DNA from: Podarcis melisellensis
Taxonomy: Eukaryota
Reading direction: 5' to 3' (one strand)
NCBI GenBank assembly: GCA_964234715.1
Contig: OZ174282.1
Length of the DNA: 64,000 bases
The notes under the pieces are model-generated. The model was not told the origin of the DNA and made no database searches. It saw only the letters and a program-made list of their open reading frames with translations. Shown here piece after piece: positions 37,101-49,700 of this stretch. Each line of letters opens with the position of its first letter. Positions within the stretch are counted from its first letter, which is position 1. Position numbers and translations under genes: made by a program.

Positions 37101-40100
37101 CTAGCAAGGGCTACAAAGAGTACACAGAGGTGAGTCAAGATGGCCTGGTACTGAGGGAGGAGGAAGGAAATGGTGGAATGGGGACCAGGCTTTGTGTTGC
37201 GTTTAATGTTGTGTTTGTGTTTTGTGTTGTGTTTAATGGGCAGTTGTTTGGTTTCTTCCCCTTCCAGAATATGTGTCTGTTGGAGAGTGAACTAGAGAGT
37301 CAGTTGGGAGAGTTCCACATCAAGATGAAAGGTACAGAAAGGAAAACAAGATGTCACATACAAAGGGATGTCTGGTGGCCATTTTGTAACTTGAAAAGCA
37401 GCTTTGGGGAGGGCATAACCCTGAGTGGGTGGGAGGGTTAACCCTTTTTCTTGAAAGCGGATGTTTTACACCAGATCCCATATATGAAATTCCAACTGCA
37501 AGTTTACCTCCTAAACATGTATCTGCACCCTATCCCACACCTCTTGTCATTTATTCAGCAAAATTGTGGGGTCATGACGGAGGCACTGACATTTTTTTCC
37601 CCCTCTTGCAGGATTGGCTGGCTTTGCTAGGCTCTGTGCTGGAGACCAATATGAGGTTTGTGAGTTAGAGATGGGCTCAGAACATGTGGAGAGGGAGGGG
37701 CTTGGGTCCTGGAAACTAGATGAACTGGAGTTGACCGAACAGCTTGTTGGAGGGGAATCTGGTCCCCCAGCACTGATTGCATTAGCTCTTGTCCAGCTCT
37801 AATAGGGTGCACACCTTGTTTCACGTCCATCCAGTTGATCTGAATTCTCTTATTCCTTGTGGCAGATCTTCATGAGATATGGGCGCCAGCGGTGGAAGCT
37901 GCGGGGCCGCATTGAGGCAAACAGCAAGCAAGTGTGGGACAGTGAGGAGATGATCTTCCTGCCCCTCATTACAGAGTTCCTGTCCATCAAGGTATCTGGT
38001 GCCACTCTGGGCAGCTGGCCCCTGTCACAGGAAAGACAATTCATTTCCTAGGCTTATTGGGCCTCAACTCTTCCTTCTCCTCCCAGGTAACAGAGCTGAA
38101 GAGCTTGGCCAGTCATGTGGTGGTGGGGAACGTCTCTTGTGAAACGAAGGACCTGTTTGCAGCACTGCCCCAGGTCGTGGCAGTAGATATCAATGACCTG
38201 GGCACCATCAAGCTGAGCCTGGAGGTTAATTGGAAGTGAGTTATTCTCTTGAGGCTTGTTGAGTTTCTCTGTTGTGGAGCTATGTTAGAAATGCTCTTGG
38301 GGAAGGAAGCTTGTGATCTTACAGAACCTGAAGCGAAGGGGCCTGGTAAGTGAGGGAACTGGGACCATGGTACTATAGATCCTCCTTCCCCAGCTTAGTG
38401 CCCTCCAGGTGTTTTGAACTACAATTCCCAACAGCCCATGGCAAGTATAACGTGCTGACTGGGACCAATGCGATCTGTGGTCCAAAACTTCTGGAAGGCT
38501 GCTCTGGATGGTGACTCCCCAAGAGGATTTAATAATGTGTGACCCTCCCTTTCTCTTCTTACATTAGTGTACAGGAGGGGTGGTTCACTTTTCTCTCTGA
38601 GCACTCTGCTTTCTTTTCACTAGCCCCTTTGACAAAGAGGACCAACCATCATCTGCTAGCACTGTGACAAAGACATCTACAGTCAACAAGAGATTTTCCA
38701 CGTACAACCAGAGCCCACCTGATACACCATCTATGCGTGAACAGGCTTTTTATGTGAGTGCAAAGGAAAAAAACCTGGAAGGGAATCAAAACCCACACTC
38801 CTGGTCCTAGTTGGGAGAACTGTAGCTTTCCTAAGTCCCACCAACTAAGTTTGTGGCTGAGATGTGGCTAAAAATCAGCAGCCTCCTGGATCGCAGCTCA
38901 GACTTTTAGCCACAATGCTATATGAGCTGGAGAGATCTTCAGAGCAAGTCCTACTTTGAACGTATTGCATTAAGGCATGTGGGAGAAGTGGAGGGGTCAA
39001 CACTTGTTCTCAGTCCAAGAAACCATAGTTTATCAAGTCAAGACTTTAGCATTTGAACCAAGCCTTTGTCTTGAGCTGAAGAAGCTGAGGAAATTAGTAC
39101 AGGAAAGGAGAGGACAACATCTGGTTGATTGGAGAAATGTCAGGTTATATATTTTTTTTAATGCATTTATATCCCAGCATTTCCTCCAAGGAGCTCAAGG
39201 TGGTGTGCATCATTCTCTTCCTCCTCATTTAATCCCCACAAGAACCCTGTGAAGCAGGTTAGGCTGAGAGGCAGTGATCTGCCCAAGGTCACCCAATGAG
39301 CATCATGGTTGAGCGGGGATTGGAACCCAGGTCTTTCAGGTCCCAGTCTGAGACTCTAACCAGTATCCCCACACTGGCAGATCGATCAGTTGTGGAAAGC
39401 AGAGTGGTCCTGATTGCCAGGGAGCGGAGTGGTCCTGATTGCCAGCAGATTGTCTGTAAGGCATGTGAGTCTCATGTTGTAATGGAGCTAAGCCCTTGGT
39501 GCTGACCGTTGCCTCTTTCTCCGCTCAAGAGCCTGCCACGGGAGGCTCCCCACAAGCACAGGTGGGCCTTGTTGGACATCTTCCGGGAGACTTTCCTAGA
39601 GAGGCTGCCGCGGAGCTGCTCATGCAGCGACGTCTCCTCAGTGCAGCTCGGCACAAGGGCAACTCGGGGCTGTGTAAGTTCTGGCCCTGTAGCTTAGCCT
39701 AGTCACCTGATGTAGATGTAGCTGTGCTCTGTCTCCCGTGTGCTAGTCTGTGGTTCCTGTTTCAAGGCCTGAATCAGAGCTGTGAATAAGACAAGTGGAT
39801 TCACTGCAGAATCTTCCCCTTCCCTCTGCCGCTTTGCAGTAGTGAGCAGTGGACTTCCCCTGTCTTCCCAGATTGTGGTGTTTTGTGGCGATCGTGTGCT
39901 TCCTTGTGCTGCCACTGAAGGCAGGGTGTGGATCATACAGGCTTTTGTCTGCTGCTTTTTGTAGTCATAGATTTCTTCCTCACACCAGTTTGCCTTCTGT
40001 AATATACCAGCCTTCTATGTGCTGCCCATGTTCATCATATGGCTGCCTTCTGGTGGATTTGGTGGCTGAGGAAGAGCTGCCTCCCTGTAGGCCAGGAATT

Positions 40101-40248
40101 GAGGAACCTTTGACCTTCCAGTTGATGATGATGAACTCCAACTCTCATCATCCCCAGCCAGCATTGCAAATGGTAAATTATGATGGGAGTTGAACATGTG
40201 GAGGATGACAGGTTTCCCCTCCCTGCTCTAGGCCTCCCAAGCTGACAT

Positions 40249-40297
<49 letters not shown>

Positions 40298-43200
40298 GGC
40301 TGTAGCTCAGTGGTAATTCAGATGCTTTGCCCAGAGAATGTACCAGGTTCAGTTCCTTGCAGCTCCAGGTACAGCTGGGAATGTCCCTTATCCCTGGCAA
40401 GATGCTATCAGTAAGTGTAGACAATACTGAGCTAGATGGACTATTGGTTTGACTCAGCATGAGGTGGCTTCCCATGTTCCTCTGTGTAATTTGTGGTATT
40501 TCCAAACTGGAGCAGGTATCTCAAGAAAGGAGGAAATGTCACCTTCAGGGAATTGCGCAACATTCCTTCGTCTGGGGTGCTACCTGAAATAAACAGTGAT
40601 TTCCTCCTTGTCTGCCACAAAGATTAGCAGAGAATTGGCATATAATTTGCCATGTGATTTGTGACATGTGGCTCAGTGCTGGGACCTGGCAAACAAACAA
40701 ATCACTCGTGTGTCTCATCTTGGCTGCAATCTCTGCCTTTATCCATGGGTGGTGGATGTATGGAGGAGTGGTGGAAGCTATGTAAAGAAGTACAAAGGGC
40801 TTTGAATAGAAAGGGTTGGGCTGGAGGGCTGGAAGCCAGTATTCCTCCAAGCAGCCTGTTAGAGAATGGTTAGGGGCTGAAATGTTTCTCAGGTGCCTTG
40901 CCATCTTGTTGAGGGCACCTTGAGTTGTCACAGCAAACCAAGAACAGGACAGCAAACCAAGAACATGAACTAGGAATAATGGCCCTCCTGGCCAGCTCTA
41001 GATCCAACCCCACTTGCAAGGGAGGTTGATTTAACTGCCCACAAGTAGATGGGCTGCTGCCTTGGAGTCTTGTCTCCAAGACTGTTGAGACTTGAAGCAG
41101 AGACTTGCTTTTGTCTGGAAGAGATGCAGCATCACACATCCTGGGCAAGCTGTCTTCTCCAGTGGGGAGCCGAGCCGCAAAATGATGACCAACATTTTGC
41201 GCTTCCTGCTCCTACCAAAGTTGCAGTCTCTCTGATATCCAGCATCTTTCCACCCAAAGGGCACAATCTCCCAAGTGTCTGTTGCTGGCCAAGTGAAGAG
41301 AGTGGGAGCTCAGTTGCAGCCTGGTATAACAATGGAGCTTATCAGGGGGTCAAGGGGCACAAATAAGGAAACCTCAGTGAAACCTCAGTGAGCCTGAAGA
41401 GTAAAGGAGTGGGGTGGTGGAAGGAAGTGATGGTGTTTATGCAGGGGTGTAGGCAGTGACAGATGTTTCCATGCTTTCACACATGCACTATGCTCAGTGC
41501 ATCCCTCATGTCTCATCTATGCTGCATTCTTTCCAGAACATGTTGCGGCAGCAGGAGGAGCTTGAGAATGGGGCAGCCTGGTCCATCTCTTCAGAGTCTT
41601 CGGATGATTCCTCTAGCCCACAGCTGTCTGGAAGTGCCCGCCATACACTCCCCAGGCCTATTGTGCAACCTGCAGTACAGGCAACTCCGCCTGCCATAGA
41701 AATTGCCTTTACGCAACCCGAGGACAAAGAGCCACCAGCCGTTCGCGAGGAGGTGGCTGTGGCTAACGGACATGTGCCCTATGCTCGGACTCTTAGTCAG
41801 ATCAGCGAAGCTAGTGTGGACCTGCCATTGGCAGAGGAAAAGGAGTGCACTGTCCCCAGAGACTCCAGTCCCAGGGACCTGCCTCCGCTGGAAACGAACT
41901 CCTTGCCCCAAAGTGCAGGCTCAGTGCTGGACACTCAGGTCATAGAGGCTGGAGAACAGGAGATTGAGCCTGACGGGGCCACTCCCACTGTAGAAGGGAG
42001 TGAGGACACAGCCTCCCAAGCCCAAGAGGTTGAACAGCCCAAGCTTTCATTGAGCCTGCCGGTCCCAAAGGAGCTTCAGCCAGTGGGACTCTTGGAGCCA
42101 CCAAAGCCCAAGCCTGTGGACTGTGGGCTGGAGGAGGCCATCAACTCACTGGCCTCTGCTCTAGATGACTACCGAGGCCAGTTCCCTGAGCTACAGACCT
42201 TGGAGCAGGAGCTCAAGCACCTAGAGGAGATTCTCTTGGTGAGTGAGAGGGGGTGAAGAAGACCATGGCTGGGGGAAGGACAGCATCCCTGGATCTGTGT
42301 ATATTTAGAGCTGAAATAAAATGTTTTAACCAAACTTTTCTGAATTCTGGAACTTGTGTGAATTGTGCAAACAAACCTCACTTTGTGCATATTTGCTTGT
42401 TGTTGTTTGCATAATTTGTGCCAACCATAGGGAAGAACAAAAGAATAATTTGTTGGACCCCTGAAGCCTCGCTCCCTGACCACTGCAAATCCTTTCTAGT
42501 GTTCCCACCCTGTCTGGTGAAGTTACTGTTGCAGATGCACATAAGCAGTTAACAAAATAGCAATATGTATATATAATAAAAAGAAAACAGAGAAACTACA
42601 ATGTAATAAAATCCATTGCAATGTAATATAAAGCAGAGCTACAATACAGTATAATAAAACAAGAACACCCCCCCCCCCAGAAATGTAACAACAGTTTTTG
42701 AAGCACCTTTAGAGTCCGGGGTCCCTTCCTTTTTCATCCTCTTGCCAAGGCGCATCCTGACTGACAGAATCCAACACTCAGCCCACCAACAGATACACAT
42801 AGAAGCCAAATTCTGCCTTACATATAGAAGCAAAAAAATATATGGTATGTTCCTTCTTCCCAGCATCGTTAAGTGCAACTTGAAAGCTGCATGGCACCTG
42901 AGGAAAATGAGTCTGAATGTCTGCCACCTCCTTCCACATTCCATCTGTGGAGATCAGATGGAGGTTCCCTGGCTTCACTCTCAGCCAAGTTCCCCCTCCC
43001 TTTCTCCCCCACCCCTGGGCCAGCCAGCTTTGTTTACCATCTAGCCTGTTAAAAGAGTTCTGGAGAACTTAAAAGCTTGCACACAAGTTTTGTGACATTT
43101 TGGTGGTTCTGATAAAAGCTATTGCCCAAATATTGCTTTTGACATTTTTCTTATGCTTTTATACTTATGAGATTAGAAGATGTCCCCTCCCTACAACTTT

Positions 43201-43650
43201 CCCCTTAGAAATTGTTCAGAGTTTCTCGCTTCTCGAAGCTACAGCGGCTGCAACCACGGAAGCACAGGTGATCAGGGCTTGCTCTCATGGCCCAGAGTGT
43301 TTTGCTGGCAGACATAGGAAACAGCTGCCAGAGTAGACAAAGTGATACTTGTTTTCTCTCCCCTCATCCCACAGCAAAAGCAGGGTGTGTGCCTGAGCCG
43401 GGCCTCCAGCACCAGCCTAACGGTGGAGCACGCTCTGGAGAGTTTCAGCTTCCTCAATGCTTCTGATACAGAAGATTCAGATGATGATGGGTGAGTGAGG
43501 ATGGGACAGGTTGCTAGGGAACTCAGTGTAGGCTGCTGAAAGTTAAAGTGGGCATAAGCGGAACCCCAGCATGTTGGGATTCTGATCTGTATGACAAGTG
43601 GGGACAAAGTAATATTCGTTGTCCCTGAGAGGGGGCAATGACAATAAAGA

Positions 43651-43708
<58 letters not shown>

Positions 43709-46700
43709 TTCAGTTTTATAGCAAAAAGTGATTGGAGGCTTGCAATGCAAAGGGGCAAAATTAGAAAACTCCTCATCCCAAAATGATGAGGTGTTAACTG
43801 AAGGAGGTGTGGCCTTCCAGTTCCTGCTGGACTACAGCTGCCATCATCCCAGACCATTGGCTGTGCTGGCCAGAGCATTTGGAAACTGGAATGCAAGTAC
43901 CTTTGGAGGGCCACAGGCTTCCCATTCCTGAACAGCAGGAGCCTACAAGCTTTAACATTCTTGGCTAGCATGTGCCTGCCCTGGAGCTTCCTCACACTAC
44001 TGAGGTTCTACAATTTTGTTCCAGGTGGTTATCCTGGAAGAGCAACTGTTTTACAGGAACAAGGAATTCTGGGGAGGTCACCTTCTTCCTCTGTAGCAGC
44101 AAAAACAACAAATATACTAAGGCACCTTAAAATACTAACAAGTTTATTATGGCACTAAAGTACATAAAGTGTTTCTCCCACAACACCCCTTTGTTTAACC
44201 ATCTTTGATGAGACGACAAACTGCAAACTACCCTTACTGTAGCTTTAATCAGGTTGACCAGCTTCTGTAGTCTCAAAGAGCCCTATCTTCTCCAGTTGTG
44301 GCCTAAAAGTATATTTTCTCTCACACTCTCCAAATCCAGCATGGGCGGTCAAGTCCTCTGATAGCACTGGCGACCCTTAACATGGTAAAAGCTTCATAGG
44401 AGCATTGGAAGGTGCCTCACACAAAGTCGGACCCTTGTTCCAACTTTCTTTGTATTGTCTTCGCTGATTGGCAGCAGTTCTTCAGGAACCTCCTGCGTTC
44501 AAGTGCATCACAGCTGAGCTGCAGCCTTTTCCTTCATAATGAACAAACTTCTGTATTCAGTAATAACCAGGAGCATTGTACAGAAAGTCCAATGTGGACG
44601 TAGAATGGAAATATATTCAGCTTTTTCAACCTATTCTTTTTTTTTTATTTGTATGAATATTACTACTACCTTTTTTATTTAAAAAAACCCCACCTTGATT
44701 AAAGGTGGGCCAGATAACACTGATTCATTGGCCTACCAGTTGGCAATGCTCAGCTTAAGTTAGGATGAAGCAGCCTACAGCTGTTGACTCTCCTCCAGTT
44801 TATTTGTGTATCCTCTCCCTGTACCAGAACTTGAAGGGAGCTCAGAGGTCTTTATCTCAGGATAGCTGGTTTTTATAAACAGGCCCATAGTTCAGGGATA
44901 GTTTGGATTCTTAGTGGCTCCCTTGTCTGGCTGGGGCTCTGTGCTTGCTCCAGGCTAATGTCTCTGCTTGGCACGCTAAGAGACCCAGATGGACTTTTCC
45001 CACAGTGCCGATGCAGCTGCCGGAAATGAGCCTGGCCTGACAGGTGAATTCCAGCAGGCTGTGCTGCAACAGTGCCACTCAGCGGCCAGCCCTGGATATT
45101 GCCAGCAGGAATCTGTTCTCTTCCAGCCTCTTCTTTCTCTGTAGAAAAGTAGACCTTTGCAAAAAGGGGGTGTAAATGTCTTGGAGCACAAAGTAGATAA
45201 AAGTGTTTGGGAGTGCTCTGTTGAGACACTGGCAGTCGAAGTTGCAGTGCTCACTCGACTAGATCCGTAACCCAGTTAAGAATATGATAATGGAAGAGGG
45301 TTTAAAATCAATGGATTGATTTGTGTTACTCCATTAAATTTGCATGTTGGGTAAATGTTTGTGAGGCAAGAAGTATATGTTCTCATTTTCAGAAAAAACT
45401 TCTGCCAGATTAACGTGGAGTTGATTAAAGTTTGTTATATATTTGATTTTGCCAGTTAATCAAGTAGATATCACAGCCCTAATTCAGACCTGTTCAGGAG
45501 CTTTTTGGTGTTACGTGGATGCTGGGACAAGCCGAATCATACTTGCAATGCATTCCAATGTTCAGGGGTTGACAGAGTGAAGAAAGTTGGGCTTGCAAAG
45601 GACTGGATCCCTGCTAATATCTTACCTGCTGGCTCTTTTCACAGGAAGGCTAGCAGTGCACAGCCTGCACCCCTGGGCAGGGTACCAGGAACCAGCGAGG
45701 CTGTTACTGAAGACACAGCTGGGTGCTTAAGCTCAGAGGGTGGCTCAGAGCCCATGAGCACTGGCAACGAGTTCCTTGACAGGGCCTTGGTCCTACACCT
45801 GAACCATTGCAATCGCTTGCTGCTGGTGAGTTCACAGTGAGGTTTCAGTGAATAATTGGCTATGTCTTTCATTGTGCAAGATGATTGTCCTTGCATAAAA
45901 ATGAAGATCAGGAGGGCTTGCAAGAGCTTTTTTTAAAAAAACAAAAACAAAATAAGGAATAAAACCAAATAAAAATACAATACAAATGCACATTTAAAAA
46001 AAAAACAGTACTATGGACAGATTTTTTTTAATAAAAAAACACACCCAACAGCCACCCAGAATTAAAACTTTGCAAAGCCATTTGAAGAAACATAAGAAAT
46101 AGGTGCTAGGCAAAAAATTGAGGAGGGCATTTCATGGTTGGGGCTCCACAATGGAAAAGGCTCTGATAACCAGCCAGCAGGAACACCTGGAGCAAGGCGC
46201 TGTTAGATTAGCTCAGTATATAGGCAGGTTGATACCAAAGGAGGTCCTTTGATAACACTGGTCCCAGGCCTTTTAGGGCTTCCTCATTCAAAACCAAGAC
46301 TCTGAAATCTAGATGATGATGATGGACTACAATGCCCATCATTCCTGGCCATTGGCCATGTTGACTTGGGCTGATGGGAGTTGGTGCCCAACAACATCCA
46401 GAGTTAGTTCCCCACCACTAGAGGGAACCTGAGACTTGGCCCTTACCTTGGAACTCCTCCTCCTCGTCTTTCCTGACCATCCTGTCAGTCGGACATCACT
46501 CAAGTTGTTGGGTCCCAGCTTTGATGCCAGGCCTGCCCTTCTGTGTTGTTCTTGTGCATGATACCTAACCAGGGGGGGAGTAGCTACTTGTACTGTAGCC
46601 TTACCTTAAAAGGATTCCCCATATGCCATGCACAGTATGAGCTGAGACTGACCACCTCCACTAAGAATCTTTCCCACTTGTATCTGATTCCTAGAAACTG

Positions 46701-49700
46701 GGCACTTTTGGGCCCCTCCGCTGCCAGGAAATGTATGCACTCAACAGGCTGGCGAGGGAAGCACAAGTCCTGGAGATGGTCTGCCGCTTAGCAGAGGAGC
46801 GAGCCGGGACAGCCAGCTCTGCTGAGGAAGGTAAGGAAAAAAGAGGACAGATGTGGAATGAATCTGGAGTTAGCTACATCAGTGCCGGAATAGGCACTTA
46901 TTTGCAGGATACAGTGAGTCAACTGTTATTCTACAAAGGGTGTCTGCAAATATACAACCAAGCATGCAGCCAGGCTGTTTGTCTTTCTTCCATAGGGTAA
47001 GGTTGGCTTCCTGCTGCCTTGTCTTTGTAAGATACATTTATACCTGCAATAGTTGTTAGTTTTGCCCTTTCTCCCATGCTTTGTTTTTTATATTTAAAAA
47101 AGTTTTTTAAAGCATTGTGTCTGTCTTTATTCAATGTAACATTCCCTGAACCCCTTTCTTTAAAAGAAGAGTTTTTAAAGAGTTGTAAAACTAAATTGAG
47201 AATGGGGAAGGGAGGAGATATTGACCTTACAGCTGCTAGCCAATCAGAGTTGTGCACAGCCATTTTCTGTAGACCTTTGCAACTTGAGCTCATCCTGCAG
47301 AGGAATGGGTACAGCTGACCATAAATATGGTGAGTGTACTTTTAGAGCATTGCTGACTGCTGTTTTCAGTGTAAATTTGTATAGGATACTTTGCAGGGGA
47401 GGGAAAGAGAGACATTTGTGGAGTTTCTAAGAGTAAGACTGGTTCAGGGGGAAATGTTCCTCCTGGTGTTATTATCATAACCAGGGGTCTAAGCTGTCTG
47501 TGTTGTCTTTTTCTCCTCTCAGTGGTAGAGTTTTCTTCATGGAAGGAGGGAGTATTGCTCTTCTGGGACAACTGTGTGGTCATGCCTAATCTATACACCT
47601 GCCCTGTAGAAAAATTCCTGCAGACACTCAATTCCCAGTATGCGGCACGAATCAACGAACGCCAGCAAGGCCTGGCAGATCCAGGTGGGTGTGACTTGGA
47701 CACAGGACAGTACTTACTATATCCTTTACTTCTATCCCAATTTCATCTTACGTTCTGCAATCTTTTTTATATTCTTTGCAATTCAAGCATGGACCTGCAC
47801 ATTGTGCACCATCTATACTTTAGCTAGTGATGTGGGAAGGGCAAGGGGCTAATACCTTGACTGCTAGAAGTCCTCCTCAATCCCACGCTGGCTTTGACAT
47901 TTCACAGTATCATACAGTTGGAAGGTACCTTGGAAGCTATTTAATCCAACCCAAGTTTCATAAAGCAAATTGTTCCACTGTTGCAACGTTTACTTTTAGG
48001 AAGTTTCTCCTAGCACTTAACTTAAATGTGTTTTCTTGCAATTTCCACCCATTAGTACTAGTCCTGCTCTGGAGCAACAGAAAACAAGCCTGTTCCATCT
48101 TCTCTGTCACAGCCCTTCAGATATTTGAAGACGGCTATCACGTCTTCCCCTAAGCACACCTGTGTCTTTCAGGCATTCCTCATTCCACTTGGTTCCCAGC
48201 TTTATGTTCCAGCAGGCATGGCTCATGTTTCATGTTGTCAGGGGTCCAGATGCTTGGGATTTTTTAATGAATGAATCTGGGGGTTCCCCGAGTGCTGAAT
48301 TCTGGGCCAAATATCCATTCCTATGCTTCTTTTATGAGGAAGATGGGTATGGTTAGAGGACAAGGGTTGTTTGTGATATGTTAAAGACTGACAGTATAAC
48401 TGACCCATGATTTGTTTGATGGGGTTGATCTTTGACTATGATTGAACTGTTGAGGGTGGTGGCAAAATGAGTGTAACTCAGAATGAACTCCTCAAAGCTT
48501 TATTCATATCCAAAGAGTGAACCCACCCCAGAGCTTGTTCCCAGGGACTGTTCCCAAGTCTGTATCATCCTCCAGCACCATTCAGAAGCCTGGGTGTAGT
48601 TGCAAGACCCTTGTCATATGATTGGTGCATCTACCAAGCATTTGGGAGCCACTTTGACAGTGTTTTTCCCCCTGCCACAGTGTGTGTTAAGCTGGTGGAG
48701 GAGTTTCTGCAACGCAGACTGCCCAGGCGCCAGGGGAGCTGCCAGGCTGAGCAGATCACTGTTTTCCAATACTGGAGCCACTTTGAGGCTCTGCCTGTCT
48801 TGACGCTGGACTCTTACATCATGGAGTTGGCAGAGGAAGGTATATTGTGTGACTTGTGAAGATTAATGGAGGGTTCCCACATGCATGTTGTGATGCCTGA
48901 TAGCAGCAACATCAAGTGAAGACTTTCACGTGTGACCATACCTCTTGGCTCAAATGCCATTTAAAGGGTTTGATCATCACCCTGCCCATCACAAAGGATG
49001 ACATTTTTTAGGGGAGGCTATTCCTTCTACCTATTAGAGGCCTTCTTTAAAGCTACTTAAGGGATCTTATTAAATTTGTCCTTAAGTGACCCAGGAGTTA
49101 ATGTCATTCGCTGGCATTGTAATTCCTGCTTGTAGTTCAAGCAGATGCAACTTGCATTTATTGGAAATGCCCCCAAATTATGGAATACTTGAAGTTAGCA
49201 ATGACCAACGTACAAGATGACTGGATATATGTATATTACCATCCATAATATTGTGCTATGTTAAATCATTAATATTAGCAGAGGATGGAGAAATGATGAT
49301 ACTGTACATCTTATTGCTGCAGTTAGAACGACTGTTAGTCAAAACTGGAAAAAATAAAGGTTCCATCAATTATAGATTGAATATTATAAATTTGGGTTAT
49401 AATGTATATGCATGATGGGAGTAATGTTAAAATGCTGTAATGATTTATATATTTGTTTTATGCATTTATTTACTCGTTAATTTTGGATTGCTTAAATTAA
49501 AAAAATTCAGGGTTGTAGCCAACCAGCTTTCACTCAAGAGTAGACCCAGGGGTCTATCTATTTCAGTGAGTCTAAATGGCACTAACAGTGGATACAATAA
49601 CCCTTTGTGTCTGGTCTTCAGCTTTCCCAGATGTATTCCTGAAAAGGAGTATGTAAATGAACTTCATAAATAAATAATGATGTAGCTAACCATGGAGCTG

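Noticed and set aside
43523-43995. ORFs with poly-Asn or poly-Ile runs
   Set aside because: They are translations of the (TAT)n microsatellite.
44981-45043. Exon-like segment with AG acceptors (44980, 45005) and donor CAG|GTGAAT in intron 13
   Set aside because: The flanking exons need phase 2-2. The 63-nt version has an in-frame TGA and the 38-nt version shifts frame. At most it is a poison exon, and nothing supports that here.
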